DNA of 16,647 nucleotides from a virus (Duplodnaviria; Heunggongvirae; Uroviricota; Caudoviricetes): IMG/VR virus record IMGVR_UViG_2531839195_000012; one strand, 5' to 3'. Shown piece by piece: positions 1 to 8,995 of this stretch (position 1 is its first letter; each line of letters starts with the position of its first letter). The notes under the pieces were generated by a model. It saw only the letters and a program-made list of their open reading frames with translations, ran no database searches and was not told where the DNA came from. The position numbers and the translations under genes were made by a program.

Positions 1-675
1 CGGCTCCAGACGGAGCTGGCAGAGAATGGCATCATCGTTGGTCGTGACCGACTGGCACGTCTTCGTAAGGAGCTGAGGCTACGCTGTAAGCAGAAACGCA
101 AGTTCAGAGCGACTACGAACCCGAACCACAATCTGCCAGTTGCGCCAAATCTGCTGAACCAGACGTTCGCTCCTACAGCACCAAATCAGGTCTGGGTGGC
201 GGACCTGACGTATGTTGCCACACAGGAGGGATGGTTGTACCTCGCTGGCATCAAAGATGTTTATACGTGCGAAATTGTCGGCTACGCCATGGGAGAGCGC
301 ATGACAAAAGAGCTGACAGGTAAAGCCCTGTTTATGGCGCTCAGGAGCCAGCGCCCACCTGCCGGGCTAATCCACCACTCTGATCGAGGTTCACAGTACT
401 GCGCATACGATTACCGGGTCATACAGGAGCAGTTTGGTCTGAAAACATCAATGTCGCGTAAAGGTAACTGTTACGACAACGCTCCGATGGAAAGCTTCTG
501 GGGAACGCTGAAAAATGAGAGCCTGAGCCACTATCGTTTTAATAACCGGGATGAAGCCATCTCAGTAATACGGGAATACATTGAGATTTTCTACAATCGT
601 CAGCGTCGTCACTCTCGTCTGGGGAATATCTCCCCGGCAGCCTTCAGGGAAAAATATCATCAGATGGCTGCTTAA
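1..675 (+). CDS. IS600 OrfB transposase (DDE/integrase core), 5'-partial
   Basis: ORF 196..675 is in the same frame as window position 1 and ends ...[15 protein letters not shown], identical to the end of OrfB in the 13557..14375 copy. DDE-transposase motifs are present ([13 protein letters not shown]). Confidence 0.9.
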   Translation, partial: RLQTELAENGIIVGRDRLARLRKELRLRCKQKRKFRATTNPNHNLPVAPNLLNQTFAPTAPNQVWVADLTYVATQEGWLYLAGIKDVYTCEIVGYAMGERMTKELTGKALFMALRSQRPPAGLIHHSDRGSQYCAYDYRVIQEQFGLKTSMSRKGNCYDNAPMESFWGTLKNESLSHYRFNNRDEAISVIREYIEIFYNRQRRHSRLGNISPAAFREKYHQMAA

Positions 676-717
676 AAAAGAACAAATGGTAGTGTCCGCT
701 ATTGCCAGTACACCTCA
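1..717 (+). mobile_element. IS600 (IS3 family), 3' portion; 5' end lies outside the window
   Basis: Sequence 1..717 is near-identical to the 3' part of the complete IS600 copy at 13155..14417, including the terminal ...CCAGTACACCTCA end at 717. Translation matches the IS3-family OrfB seen in the other copies. Confidence 0.9.
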
Positions 718-726
718 GAGTAATCC

Positions 727-1377
727 ATGCATCGTATAGACACGAAAACCGCGAAGAAGGATAAGTTCGGCGCGGGTAAGAACGGTTTTACCCGTGGTAA
801 CCCCCAGACTGGCACGCCTGCCACCGATCTGGATGATGACTACTTTGACATGTTGCAGGAGGAGCTTTGCAGCGTGGTGGAGGCATCCGGTGCCAGCCTG
901 GAGAAGGGGCGGCACGATCAGTTGCTTACCGCACTTCGCGCGCTGCTGTTAAGCCGCAAGAATCCGTTTGGCGATATCAAATCGGATGGCACGGTGAAAA
1001 CGGCTCTCGAAAACCTTGGTTTGGGAGAAGCAGCTAAAAGGAATGTAGGTACAGGGGCGAATCAGATACCTGATATGAGCCTGTTCGCGTCAATTAATAC
1101 CGTAACGGCTGCTGCGCAAAAATTTCCGTCTGGATTAATTTTACAGTGCGGTCAGTTGAATGGTGCCCCGAATGTATCTTCAACATACGGGATGAGGTTC
1201 CCGATGACGTTCTCAAGAGTAATTGCTGTCGTAGTTACATTGAACGTTACTGGCGCGGCTGGGCAGCCGACTGTATCGGCGACAAGTGTCCAGAACACTG
1301 GATTTAATATTACTGTGTCGCCCGGTTCAGGATACGGTTCATCTGCTGATGCGTATTACATTGCAATGGGATATTAA
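727..1377 (+). pseudogene. phage tail fiber protein, C-terminal (receptor-binding) fragment; 5' end removed by the IS600 at 1..717
   Basis: 216-aa ORF starting 10 bp after the IS600 end; Gly/Ser/Thr-rich C-terminus and a tail fiber assembly gene immediately downstream. Assignment rests on gene context and general resemblance to lambdoid/Mu-type side tail fibers. Confidence 0.5.
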
Positions 1378-1381
1378 CAAA

Positions 1382-1747
1382 ATGTCATATTTTTATTCTG
1401 CATCGACAAACGGATTTTATTCGACTGAATTTCACGGCACCAATATTCCTGATGATGCAGTGGAAATCTCGGAATCAGAGTGGAAAACACTGATTAATGC
1501 ACAGAGTGTAACAAAAATGATTACCTGTGGTGAGAACGGTCATCCTGTCATTGTTGACCGTCCTTCTCCAACACCAGAACAATTAGCCTTAATAAATGAT
1601 GAAAAGAAATCTGCACTGATAGCAGAGGCAACGAATGTAATAGCTCCGCTTCAGGATGCGGTTGATTTAGGTATGGCAACAGATGATGAAACGAAACTGT
1701 TACTGGCATGGAAAAATATCGGGTGCTGCTTATGCGTGTTAATGTAG
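1382..1747 (+). CDS. tail fiber assembly protein (Tfa-like chaperone); C-terminal end probably altered by a -1 change in an A5 run at 1712..1716
   Basis: ATG at 1382 in the frame of ORF 1286..1747. The motif IAPLQDAVDLGMATDDETKLLLAWK matches the conserved Tfa C-terminal region; with one more A the frame would read WKKYRVLL..., which is Tfa-like. Confidence 0.65.
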   Translation: MSYFYSASTNGFYSTEFHGTNIPDDAVEISESEWKTLINAQSVTKMITCGENGHPVIVDRPSPTPEQLALINDEKKSALIAEATNVIAPLQDAVDLGMATDDETKLLLAWKNIGCCLCVLM

Positions 1748-1940
1748 TAAAACCCGAGTGGCCTATGCATCCAAATAAATAGACTTGTTAATCTAGGATA
1801 ATTGTTGGAATAATACTCGTTTTTCAGTAGGTTCAGGTAGCCTGGGTATAATGCTCACTTCTACAATGATTTCAACTTATTTTATTTAATTGATATTACG
1901 AAACTTAACTCATACATAAACAATATGACTCAATACTGTC

Positions 1941-2114
1941 CTAAATAGCTGCGCAGAAAAGTGCTCCACTTTCGCTCAGCCCTTGCTGGGCGAAGCATCA
2001 GGAAGGCGTTCTCAGCTAGGTTGTGTTATATCTGGCTTGAGTTTTGTTGCCCATACGCAACACATTACCCATCTGTAAACGACAAGTGTGGCAGAATTAG
2101 GTGCAGCTATTTAG
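1941..2114. repeat. perfect 12-bp inverted repeat CTAAATAGCTGC / GCAGCTATTTAG flanking about 146 bp of non-coding DNA
   Basis: Direct reading: arm 1 at 1941..1952, arm 2 at 2103..2114; lies in the roughly 800-bp AT-rich spacer between tfa and oac. Confidence 0.5.
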
Positions 2115-2526
2115 ACTATATCGACGCAGTAACGATAATAGATATCGAAACTGTACTAGATATTAGCTACTTATGGTTACCGGGGGGAGTCTTTTGAGCA
2201 CTGGTGTTATCAATTGGCTTCAAATAATTCGCCAATAAATTATATTGCGATAGCTCATCACCTTCCAGGTTGTTTATAGCCAGTTTATCAGCGTCACCAC
2301 CTACTGTTTATGCTTTTATTTCTTTGATTAATAAGTATATGATATTTTAATTCATCTGGTGTATTTCTTTCTCATGTGTTGGTCGACTGAATATCTGTTC
2401 AGTGAAGGGGTAATTTTATGTTTGCACTTCGAACATTCCCTTCAGTTGCTAGGAAAGAAAACCGTAACATTTGCGCATTAATTTTAACAGTATAATCTGA
2501 GCATAAATATGCGCTATATATCTATA

Positions 2527-2553
2527 AAAAGGCGCAATTAATTGCGCCTTTTT
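2527..2553. terminator. bidirectional Rho-independent terminator (18-bp perfect palindrome GGCGCAATTAATTGCGCC flanked by A- and T-runs)
   Basis: Palindrome 2531..2548 with AAAAA upstream and TTTTT downstream, immediately 3' of the minus-strand acetyltransferase stop at 2555. Confidence 0.6.
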
Positions 2554-2554
2554 A

Positions 2555-3603
2555 TCATTTTATCAAAAATGGCCCACCGACTGTCCTCGATAGCCAATGG
2601 CCAATTTTATCTGATACATATACACAAATACAGGTATATATGATTGCGCAGATAGGATTTGGAATAGTCACGCTGAAGCCTATAATTGCTAAAGCCATAG
2701 GGATAAATAATTTGGTGATATACTCCATTCCACATATGTTAAGAGTATTTCTTCCAGCTCTTACAATAAAGTCATTTCCACAAATTATTTTTGCTATGAA
2801 AATATTAAAGATTATCAAGCCTACCGTGGTGATAATAGTATTAATAGCTTGAATATAACTACTTGATATTATGTCTGCATTGAATATTGAGATAATCTTA
2901 AAAAGTAAAGGTTTCTGGTTAAGTAGTTGATACGCACTCATTATAGCGGTAATTGAGAAGACAATGAAACCAATTTTAGATTTTCCAAAAAACCTGTCAC
3001 GTGTTAATTCTAAAAACATACATCTACCGAGAGGCAATAACCACCAGTATGCCATAGCGGAGTCTATGTTCCAAAACCATTGAGGATCTAGTAATGGGTT
3101 ATGATTGAGCACTGTTTGTGACAACATGAACGATAACAGTGATATGATTAAAATCACTATATTGTTCTTGACTATTTCTCTAAAGATTGCATCAATTGCT
3201 ATTATAACAAAAAGGCAGTTTATAAACCATATTGTTCCTACGAATTGGTTATTTCTAACACCATATATTATATCATAAATGTGGTTGTATATATAATCAA
3301 TCGTCTCACCTGAGTTAATTGTGTTTATTATTAATATAGAAAATGCAAAAGTGAAATATGGAATCATTAATCTGTAAAACTTTGACTTGATATAATCGAA
3401 AACAGATAAGTCATTTTTTTTGATAGTAAAAAACCAGCAGCGAAAAAGAATAGTGGGACGTGATAACTAAAAACAAAAGGATACAATTTGCCAGCCCCCA
3501 ACCCAAGGTGACCTAAATATATAGCAAAAATACCGAGAAATTTTAAAGCATCAACCCAATCATGTCTTATTTTTCTGTTGCTGTCGATTTTGTTATTATA
3601 CAT
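2555..3603 (-). pseudogene. O-antigen acetyltransferase, acyltransferase-3 family (Oac-like), split into two frames near 3367
   Basis: ORFs 3367..3603 (78 aa) and 2555..3367 (270 aa) are contiguous on the minus strand. The N-terminus carries acyltransferase-3 signatures (R-x-D-x(14)-H in RHDWVDALKFLGIFAIYLGH, then FFFAAGFLL); the rest is a polytopic membrane protein. Combined length of about 348 aa fits Oac/OafA-type enzymes. Very AT-rich. Confidence 0.6.
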
Positions 3604-3971
3604 TTAAAGTAGGCTCTCCAGTTTTGTGTGATTTTTAAACACTCATTGCAAATATGAATGCCTGAAAGTTTATGATTATTAATCAACGAGTTCAATATTA
3701 ATTTATTATTTTTCAAAGTCGCACTATATAGGCATTTACTTCCGCAGTACCACCGATAGTATCGATATCAAATCAGCCTGCGGCCGCGATAACTTTCGTA
3801 ACATTCTGCCAGCGGCTTTGTTGAATAAATCAGGTTCAAGATAATCGTCTCTGCATCAGGTTAGAGTTTCAGGCAATACATCCTCTTTCTGGCATACCTG
3901 CCACTCTCGCACCATGGTCATAGCCTTTACGATCTGCATACTCACCAGACCAGAGCCCGCTCCCTTTTAGG

Positions 3972-5267
3972 CTGAGGAATCCCCAGAAAAGAAGACAGGC
4001 ATAGAGTTTTGTGATCTACTGATTGCGCTAACAAATTCAATGAGATCACCTCTATGCCTGCCCGTAAAGTATGCCAGACTTTTTTCCGTAATGCTTTAGC
4101 TTCCACGCATCAGTATCGACAAAATGCCATTATTGATTCTGCTGCTGCTTTAGTCGGTGGCGCATCTCTTTCTCTTACCAGCATTGGCCGGCATTTACCC
4201 GGTCCTGCTCGCGTGAAAGATAAAATAAAACGCGTTGACTGTCTGTTGGGTAATAAACGACTTCATAATGATATCCCTCTGATATTCAAAAATATTACAT
4301 CCATGATGACAAATAAACTGTCGTGGTGTGTTATCGCTGTTGACTGGAGCGGTTACCCTTTTCAGGAATATCATGTCCTTCGTGCCAGCCTCCTCTGCGA
4401 CGGTCGCTCTATCCCCCTGATGAGTCAGGTCTTCCCGTCAAAAAAAATAACGAGGCGGTGGAAATCGCTTTTCTGGATGCGCTTTCCGGGGCCATTTCTC
4501 CCCGGACTCGTGTTGTTATTGTTACTGATGCTGGTTTTCAAAGTGCATGGTTCCGTCATATCAAATCACAGGGATGGGATTTTATTGGTCGTATCAGGGG
4601 GGTAGTGAAGTTCAGGCTGGATAGTGACAAAGATAAGTGGCTGGACATAAAAATGTGCAGGGGGAGTTCAGAGGCAAAATACCTGGGGACGGGAACCCTG
4701 GCCCGGAAAAAACGCTCGCAGTGTGAAGGACATTTTTATCTTTATAAACATTCACCTAAAGGCAGAAAAAGCAGGCGTGCCAGAGGGAGGCCGGGCTTAC
4801 CAACAACGGAAAAAGAACAAAAAGCCGCAGGCAGAGAACCATGGTTAATATTCAGCAATACAGCTGAGTTTAATGCCAAAAAAATCATGAAACTGTACAG
4901 TCGAAGAATGCAGATAGAGCAAAACTTTCGGGATGAAAAAAGTGAACGCTTTGGTTTTGGCCTTCGGGCGAGCAGAAGTCGGAGGGGAGAGCGTTTTCTG
5001 GTATTAAGTCTACTGGTTACACTGGCCAGTATCGTACTCTGGCTACTTGGTTATCATTTTGAAAATAAAGGATTTCATTTAAAGTATCAGGCTAATAGTC
5101 TCAAAAACGAAGAGTATTGTCTTTTCTGACGCTGGCTGAAAACGTCCTGAGATTTAACCCTGAACTTCTACGACGAGCACAACCTGAAAAGATATTGTGC
5201 CGGTTGGCCAGCACTTACCGAAGTATGGTGCTGGCTTACTGATGAAAATTTTCTGGGGATCCCTCAG
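3972..5267 (+). mobile_element. IS10-like element (IS4 family), about 1.3 kb, with about 20-bp terminal inverted repeats
   Basis: Left end CTGAGGAATCCCCAGAAAA (3972..) and right end, reverse-complemented, CTGAGGGATCCCCAGAAAA (..5267) resemble IS10 termini. Flanked by an imperfect 9-bp direct repeat, CCTTTTAGG (3963..3971) and CCTTTCGGG (5268..5276). Confidence 0.7.
4054..5129 (+). pseudogene. IS4-family (IS10-like) DDE transposase, frameshifted in an A8 run (4440..4447)
   Basis: ORFs 4054..4605 and 4458..5129 overlap in different frames. Their products align colinearly with the IS10 transposase as I recall it (LGR.LP..AR.K..IKR.D.LLGN, VDWS, D-A-G-F, YS.RMQIE..FRD.KS); the second ORF begins at a GTG. 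Confidence 0.7.
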
Positions 5268-5524
5268 CCTTTCGGGGAGGAATGAGGGCTCTGATATTCT
5301 TTTGCCGTAGTTCATCGTGAAACCGTCGGATGTCATTTGGCCTGAGTGACCCATGCCTCCCAAAAGCAGAGTCGCTAGTGTTATGTAATTAGGCGGTTAA
5401 ACTTCAATTCTCAGTGTTAAGTTTGGGTAAACGCTTGTAAATGGTATTGCTAATTTTTTAATTGACTAATATTAGAAACGGTTAGTGTGATTGTATATAG
5501 ATATTTGAGTGTAAGGTATTTAAA

Positions 5525-5539
5525 GGGGCATTCAGCCCC
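5525..5539. terminator. candidate hairpin GGGGC-ATTCA-GCCCC downstream of the minus-strand gtr operon
   Basis: 5-bp GC stem with 5-nt loop about 90 bp 3' of the gtrX-type stop; only a weak T tract follows, so support is low. Confidence 0.25.
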
Positions 5540-5631
5540 TCCGTCTATTTGTGATTGCATCCATTGATGTGTGTATTATTTTGAGCTTGAAAAAGGGAGG
5601 CGCTCTTTAATAATAAATAAATCTATCAAAG

Positions 5632-7089
5632 CTAAATATTAAATGGAAGCCACCCTTTTTTCTCTGATAGTTTTATTATCACCAAACCATTTATTTCAGC
5701 TATCGAATCTGGATTCGGCCAGGAAGGTAAACTCTTCACAATTGGATAAATCTTCTCTATTTGTTCTTTATTTGCTGGTTTGCAATTACAGATTCCATAG
5801 TAATTCATAAATGCAACCATCCTAAAATAGTTGCCACCATCCCACCAAAAAAAGATTTTCCAAAAGTGTCTGCGCTCATGGAGAGCATATTTCCTGAGTC
5901 GTTTGAACCATATATATATATATATTTTCCGTTAAGGGAAATGCCTTTTGTTTGAGATGTGTATGATATTTCTTTAGCTAAAGAGATATCTTTCTGTCTT
6001 GCGAGAGTATCATTCAAAAATAGATTTTTGGATGTTGAAACGCCATTAAATATAATAAATAAAAAAACATGCAGTTTAGGTATTTTATAGAGCGAAAATT
6101 GCTTAAGCAAGAAAACAAAATTACTGCTACTATAGGCATTAAAACAAACAGGCGAGGTGGCGCCCCTGAGCCAACAACAACGATAAATATAACCGGAAGT
6201 ATATAAATGAAAATGATTGATGAAATCAAATAAATTGATCTTGTTTTTAATTTATATGTTAGGGTAAACATCAGAATTAATAAAGGAATCAGTAACCACT
6301 TGTATAGGTTTAAACCAGTGGGAGGATTGTTATAGAAGTTATATATATTATCTATGGCTGATTTAACAAGCCATTTAATATCGCTTGCATTTTGTATATA
6401 ATTTGAGATGTACTCGTTCGATTCAAGCGAAAAATAATGCTTGATAGCTTTGGTTAATAGCAGGTAAATTAAGGTAGATAAAGCTATGAGGGATAGAGAT
6501 AAACATGAACTATAAAAAGATTCACGAATATTTTTCTCATTTCGTATTATCGAATTTATCTGCAACCCAATGACGAATGCAATAATATATGTTACGAATG
6601 TTTGGTAGATTGCCATTGAAAGAATGGACAGTACTATACCAGAAAATATCACAATCCTATTTTTTGCGAGTGAAAAATAATTGCTGATATCGCTGCCAGT
6701 AGAAAAGCAATTCCCACAGTATCAGCTTGGTTAAGAAACTCTAATTGATAGGAGATCTGAGGGAAGGTAATAAATACTAACATACCTATCAATAATTCAT
6801 AAGATTCTAGCTTTAGCGATCTGCAGATTATAAATGCTGAAATGATGATAAAAGATAAGGCTATTAATGGTGTTATATAAAGTGAAAAAGGCTCAGGGAG
6901 AAAGTAATGTCGCAAAAAAGTGTGAAACCACCGCCCAAGCGTGATTGTTTGATAAAAATTATTTGTAAACTCGCCATCAATATTAAGTGTTCCATCGTAC
7001 AACCACCCCCAATAACAATAAATTGATATTGCAAAACATGATATGAAGGCAAGGAGATTTGCATTTTTAAATAAATTAATTTTAATCAT
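5632..7089 (-). pseudogene. serotype-specific O-antigen glucosyltransferase (GtrX-type membrane protein), fragmented into at least four frames
   Basis: Minus-strand ORFs 6649..7089, 6014..6652, 5805..6110 and 5632..5820 tile a 1458-bp span directly downstream of gtrB, the position type-specific gtr genes occupy. All are hydrophobic and AT-rich. The start overlaps the gtrB stop (ATGA). Confidence 0.6.
5910..5923. repeat. (AT)7 dinucleotide repeat inside the fragmented gtrX-type gene
   Basis: Direct reading ATATATATATATAT at 5910..5923; encodes the YIYIYG stretch on the minus strand. Confidence 0.7.
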
Positions 7090-8015
7090 GGGTTACCTCG
7101 ATGAGATTTTTTTATGATGTATTTGGGTCTATTTTTTACTTCAATATAGATTCTACCTATATATTCTCCGAGAACACCAATCCCGATCAGTTGCACTCCA
7201 CCCAAGAAAAGTATTGATACAAGCAGGGAGGGATACCCGCGTACTGGGTTACCAAAGACAAGGGTGTCTATAATCATCCATGCACCATATAAAAATGAAA
7301 TGCTTGCAACAAACAAGCCTATATAAGTCCATACGCGAAGAGGAAAGGTTGAAAAACTTGTGATACCTTCCAGTGCCAGATTCCATAATTTCCAGCCATT
7401 AAATTTTGAGATGCCAGCAACACGCTCTGCGCGTACATATTCAACGACATCCGTCGGACCACCCACCCAGCTCAGTATGCCTTTCATGAAAAGATTGCGC
7501 TCAGGCAACAGTTTAATGTTCTCCACAACCTCACGAGACATGAGTCGAAAATCTCCGACATTTTCCTCGATCTTTGGGGTGCTTATTTTGTTGTGTAATT
7601 TATAGAACCACTCAGCTGTCTTACGTTTCAGTCGTCCATCAGTTGAGCGGTCTGAACGTTTAGCAAGCACCATGTCAGCACCTGCCTGCCACTTTTCAAT
7701 AAGATGAGGGATAACCTCAATTGGGTCTTGCAGGTCGACATCAATAGGAATTACAGCATCGCCGCTTGCATGGTCTAACCCTGCAAATAAGGCTGGTTCT
7801 TTACCAAAGTTGCGTGTAAATGACAGCGGAACAACTAGCGGGTCTGAAACAGCCAGCGCGTTAATAATTGACTCTGTGGCATCTTTACTTCCGTCATTTA
7901 TGAATACAATTTCTACTTCATATGGCTTCAACTCTTGGAATTCACGTACCGTTTTATAGAAAACAGGTATCGCTTCTTCTTCATTGAAGACAGGAACGAC
8001 AAGAGATATTTTCAT
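7086..8015 (-). CDS. gtrB: bactoprenol glucosyltransferase GtrB (GT2 family)
   Basis: 309-aa ORF beginning [13 protein letters not shown]..., with a GT2 N-terminal domain (DGSKD, DVDLQDP) and C-terminal membrane anchor. It overlaps gtrA by 4 bp and differs from the plus-strand copy by only a few residues apart from the C-terminal tail. Confidence 0.85.
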   Translation of the reverse strand: MKISLVVPVFNEEEAIPVFYKTVREFQELKPYEVEIVFINDGSKDATESIINALAVSDPLVVPLSFTRNFGKEPALFAGLDHASGDAVIPIDVDLQDPIEVIPHLIEKWQAGADMVLAKRSDRSTDGRLKRKTAEWFYKLHNKISTPKIEENVGDFRLMSREVVENIKLLPERNLFMKGILSWVGGPTDVVEYVRAERVAGISKFNGWKLWNLALEGITSFSTFPLRVWTYIGLFVASISFLYGAWMIIDTLVFGNPVRGYPSLLVSILFLGGVQLIGIGVLGEYIGRIYIEVKNRPKYIIKKSHRGNP

Positions 8016-8374
8016 TTCGCATCCCTAAAGACAATGAACTTTGAATAGACGAAACCGCACACCAGACTGATGGCGGAGAAGGTGATAAGAGTGACTATTG
8101 GAGGAAGTGAGCATTTATCAGCTGCCCAACCAACAATCACACTCAATATTCCCATAAATCCCACGTATAACATGTAGCGCATCGCTGTAGTCAATGCTTT
8201 GAATGTGAATCTTGCATTCGCGAAGAAGCTAAAGCTCACAGCCACTACGAAACCTGTGAAGTTTGCCAGAGCCTGACTGGTATGTGCGGCATAGATACAT
8301 ACACCAAAAACCACCCAGTGTATAAGTGTGTTCAGCACACCTATAGATGTGTACTTTACAAATAACTTTAACAT
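8012..8374 (-). CDS. gtrA: GtrA, bactoprenol-linked glucose translocase (flippase)
   Basis: 120-aa small hydrophobic protein ([19 protein letters not shown]...), the typical size and position for GtrA upstream of gtrB. Confidence 0.85.
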   Translation of the reverse strand: MLKLFVKYTSIGVLNTLIHWVVFGVCIYAAHTSQALANFTGFVVAVSFSFFANARFTFKALTTAMRYMLYVGFMGILSVIVGWAADKCSLPPIVTLITFSAISLVCGFVYSKFIVFRDAK

Positions 8375-8395
8375 TTATTTAATCAATGAGCTCTG

Positions 8396-8442
8396 AAAGG
8401 CATGAAGTCTATCATCCAAGTCTCAATTGATCGATACTTGCT
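8396..8442 (-). promoter_or_regulatory. conserved block in the gtrA 5' region (candidate promoter/operator), shared with the second gtr module at 15141..15187
   Basis: Minus-strand sequence GCAAGTATCGATCAATTGAGACTTGGATGATAGACTTCATGCCTTT differs at one position from the corresponding block upstream of the plus-strand gtrA; it contains one GATC (8429..8432). The regulatory role is inferred from position only. Confidence 0.3.
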
Positions 8443-8575
8443 ATGTCTGATGAGACAAAACTGAGACACATAAGGCCTCACAATGGCTTGCAAGGCTTTA
8501 CATGTTTTGATGTGGTGGGACGTGTGAGCGCAGTGTTGATGGGATAATCCTTTGAATTACAAGCGGATTCTTATA

Positions 8576-8621
8576 ATTCGTAATGCGAAGGTCGTAGGTT
8601 CGACTCCTATTATCGGCACCA
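8576..8621 (+). other. att core: 3' 46 nt of a tRNA-Thr (anticodon CGU, thrW-type) gene, with no 5' half
   Basis: ATTCGTAATGCGAAGGTCGTAGGTTCGACTCCTATTATCGGCACCA contains anticodon loop, T arm, 3' acceptor strand and CCA. The upstream sequence does not supply the D arm or 5' acceptor strand. An identical 46 nt plus 18 further shared bp occurs inverted at 14880..14925. Confidence 0.75.
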
Positions 8622-8635
8622 TTTAAATCAATAAG

Positions 8636-8995
8636 TTACCTCGCATTTAAGTAAACTACGTTCTCCTCTTGTGCCGTATTTGTGCCATTGCGACTTATAA
8701 TCGCATCGATTTTGCTCGCGTGCTCGGTAAGATGCCCGGCTGAAAGGTGGGCGTATCTTTGAACCATTTCGAGAGTTTCCCATCCTCCCATCTCTTTAAG
8801 CGCAAGAAGAGAGACACCGGACTGAACCAGCCAGCTTGCCCAGGTATGCCTCAGGTCATGGAAGCGGAAGTTGCTAATGCCTGCCCGCTTTAACGCTCCC
8901 TTCCATGCCTTGTTGCTGTCGGTTCTCATCTTCCTTAACCGCTGCTGTTTTTGTTCCGTCGCTTCGGTAGGCAGGTTTGGTGTGGACAAACACCC
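8636..8995 (-). pseudogene. phage tyrosine integrase, C-terminal catalytic fragment (5' part replaced by IS600; internal frameshift)
   Basis: ORF 8636..8989 carries box [15 protein letters not shown] and the catalytic Tyr region MVQRYAHL. It abuts the IS600 end at 8996, and integrase-like sequence continues to the junction in another frame (VFVHTKP...). Confidence 0.8.

Noticed and set aside
715-915. Antisense or overlapping short ORFs: 715..915(-), 2640..2852(+), 5154..5363(-), 5761..5955(+), 6873..7064(-), 7360..7605(+)
   Set aside because: Each lies wholly inside and antisense to, or out of frame with, a longer gene with clear family identity (tail fiber, oac, IS10-like end, gtrX, gtrB); treated as chance ORFs.
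1286-1381. N-terminal extension of the tfa ORF (track ORF starts at 1286)
   Set aside because: The extension overlaps the 3' end of the tail fiber gene in another frame; the Tfa-like sequence starts at the ATG at 1382 just after the tail fiber stop.
1961-2197. 78-aa ORF in the tfa-oac spacer
   Set aside because: Cys-rich, no recognisable domain, no ribosome-binding context, and it sits in an AT-rich intergenic region; most likely a chance ORF.
727-2200. Pin/Gin-type invertible tail-fiber segment (shufflon-like)
   Set aside because: No serine invertase gene and no inverted second tail fiber / tfa set follow the tfa gene; the only inverted repeat nearby (1941..2114) is downstream of tfa and brackets non-coding DNA.
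5268-5631. Possible small gene or RNA in the AT-rich spacer between the IS10-like element and the gtrX-type gene
   Set aside because: No ORF with a plausible start or domain; one weak hairpin (5525..5539) is reported as a low-confidence terminator only.
8375-8575. P22-type Dam/OxyR phase-variation switch upstream of gtrA
   Set aside because: Only one GATC (two in the second module) is present and no paired OxyR half-sites with the four-GATC layout are visible; the conserved block is reported as a generic regulatory candidate instead.
8576-8621. Possible intact tRNA-Thr gene (and the same at 14880..14925)
   Set aside because: Only the 3' 46 nt (anticodon loop to CCA) is present; the upstream sequence cannot form the D arm or 5' acceptor strand in either copy. 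These are att-core fragments, not tRNA genes.
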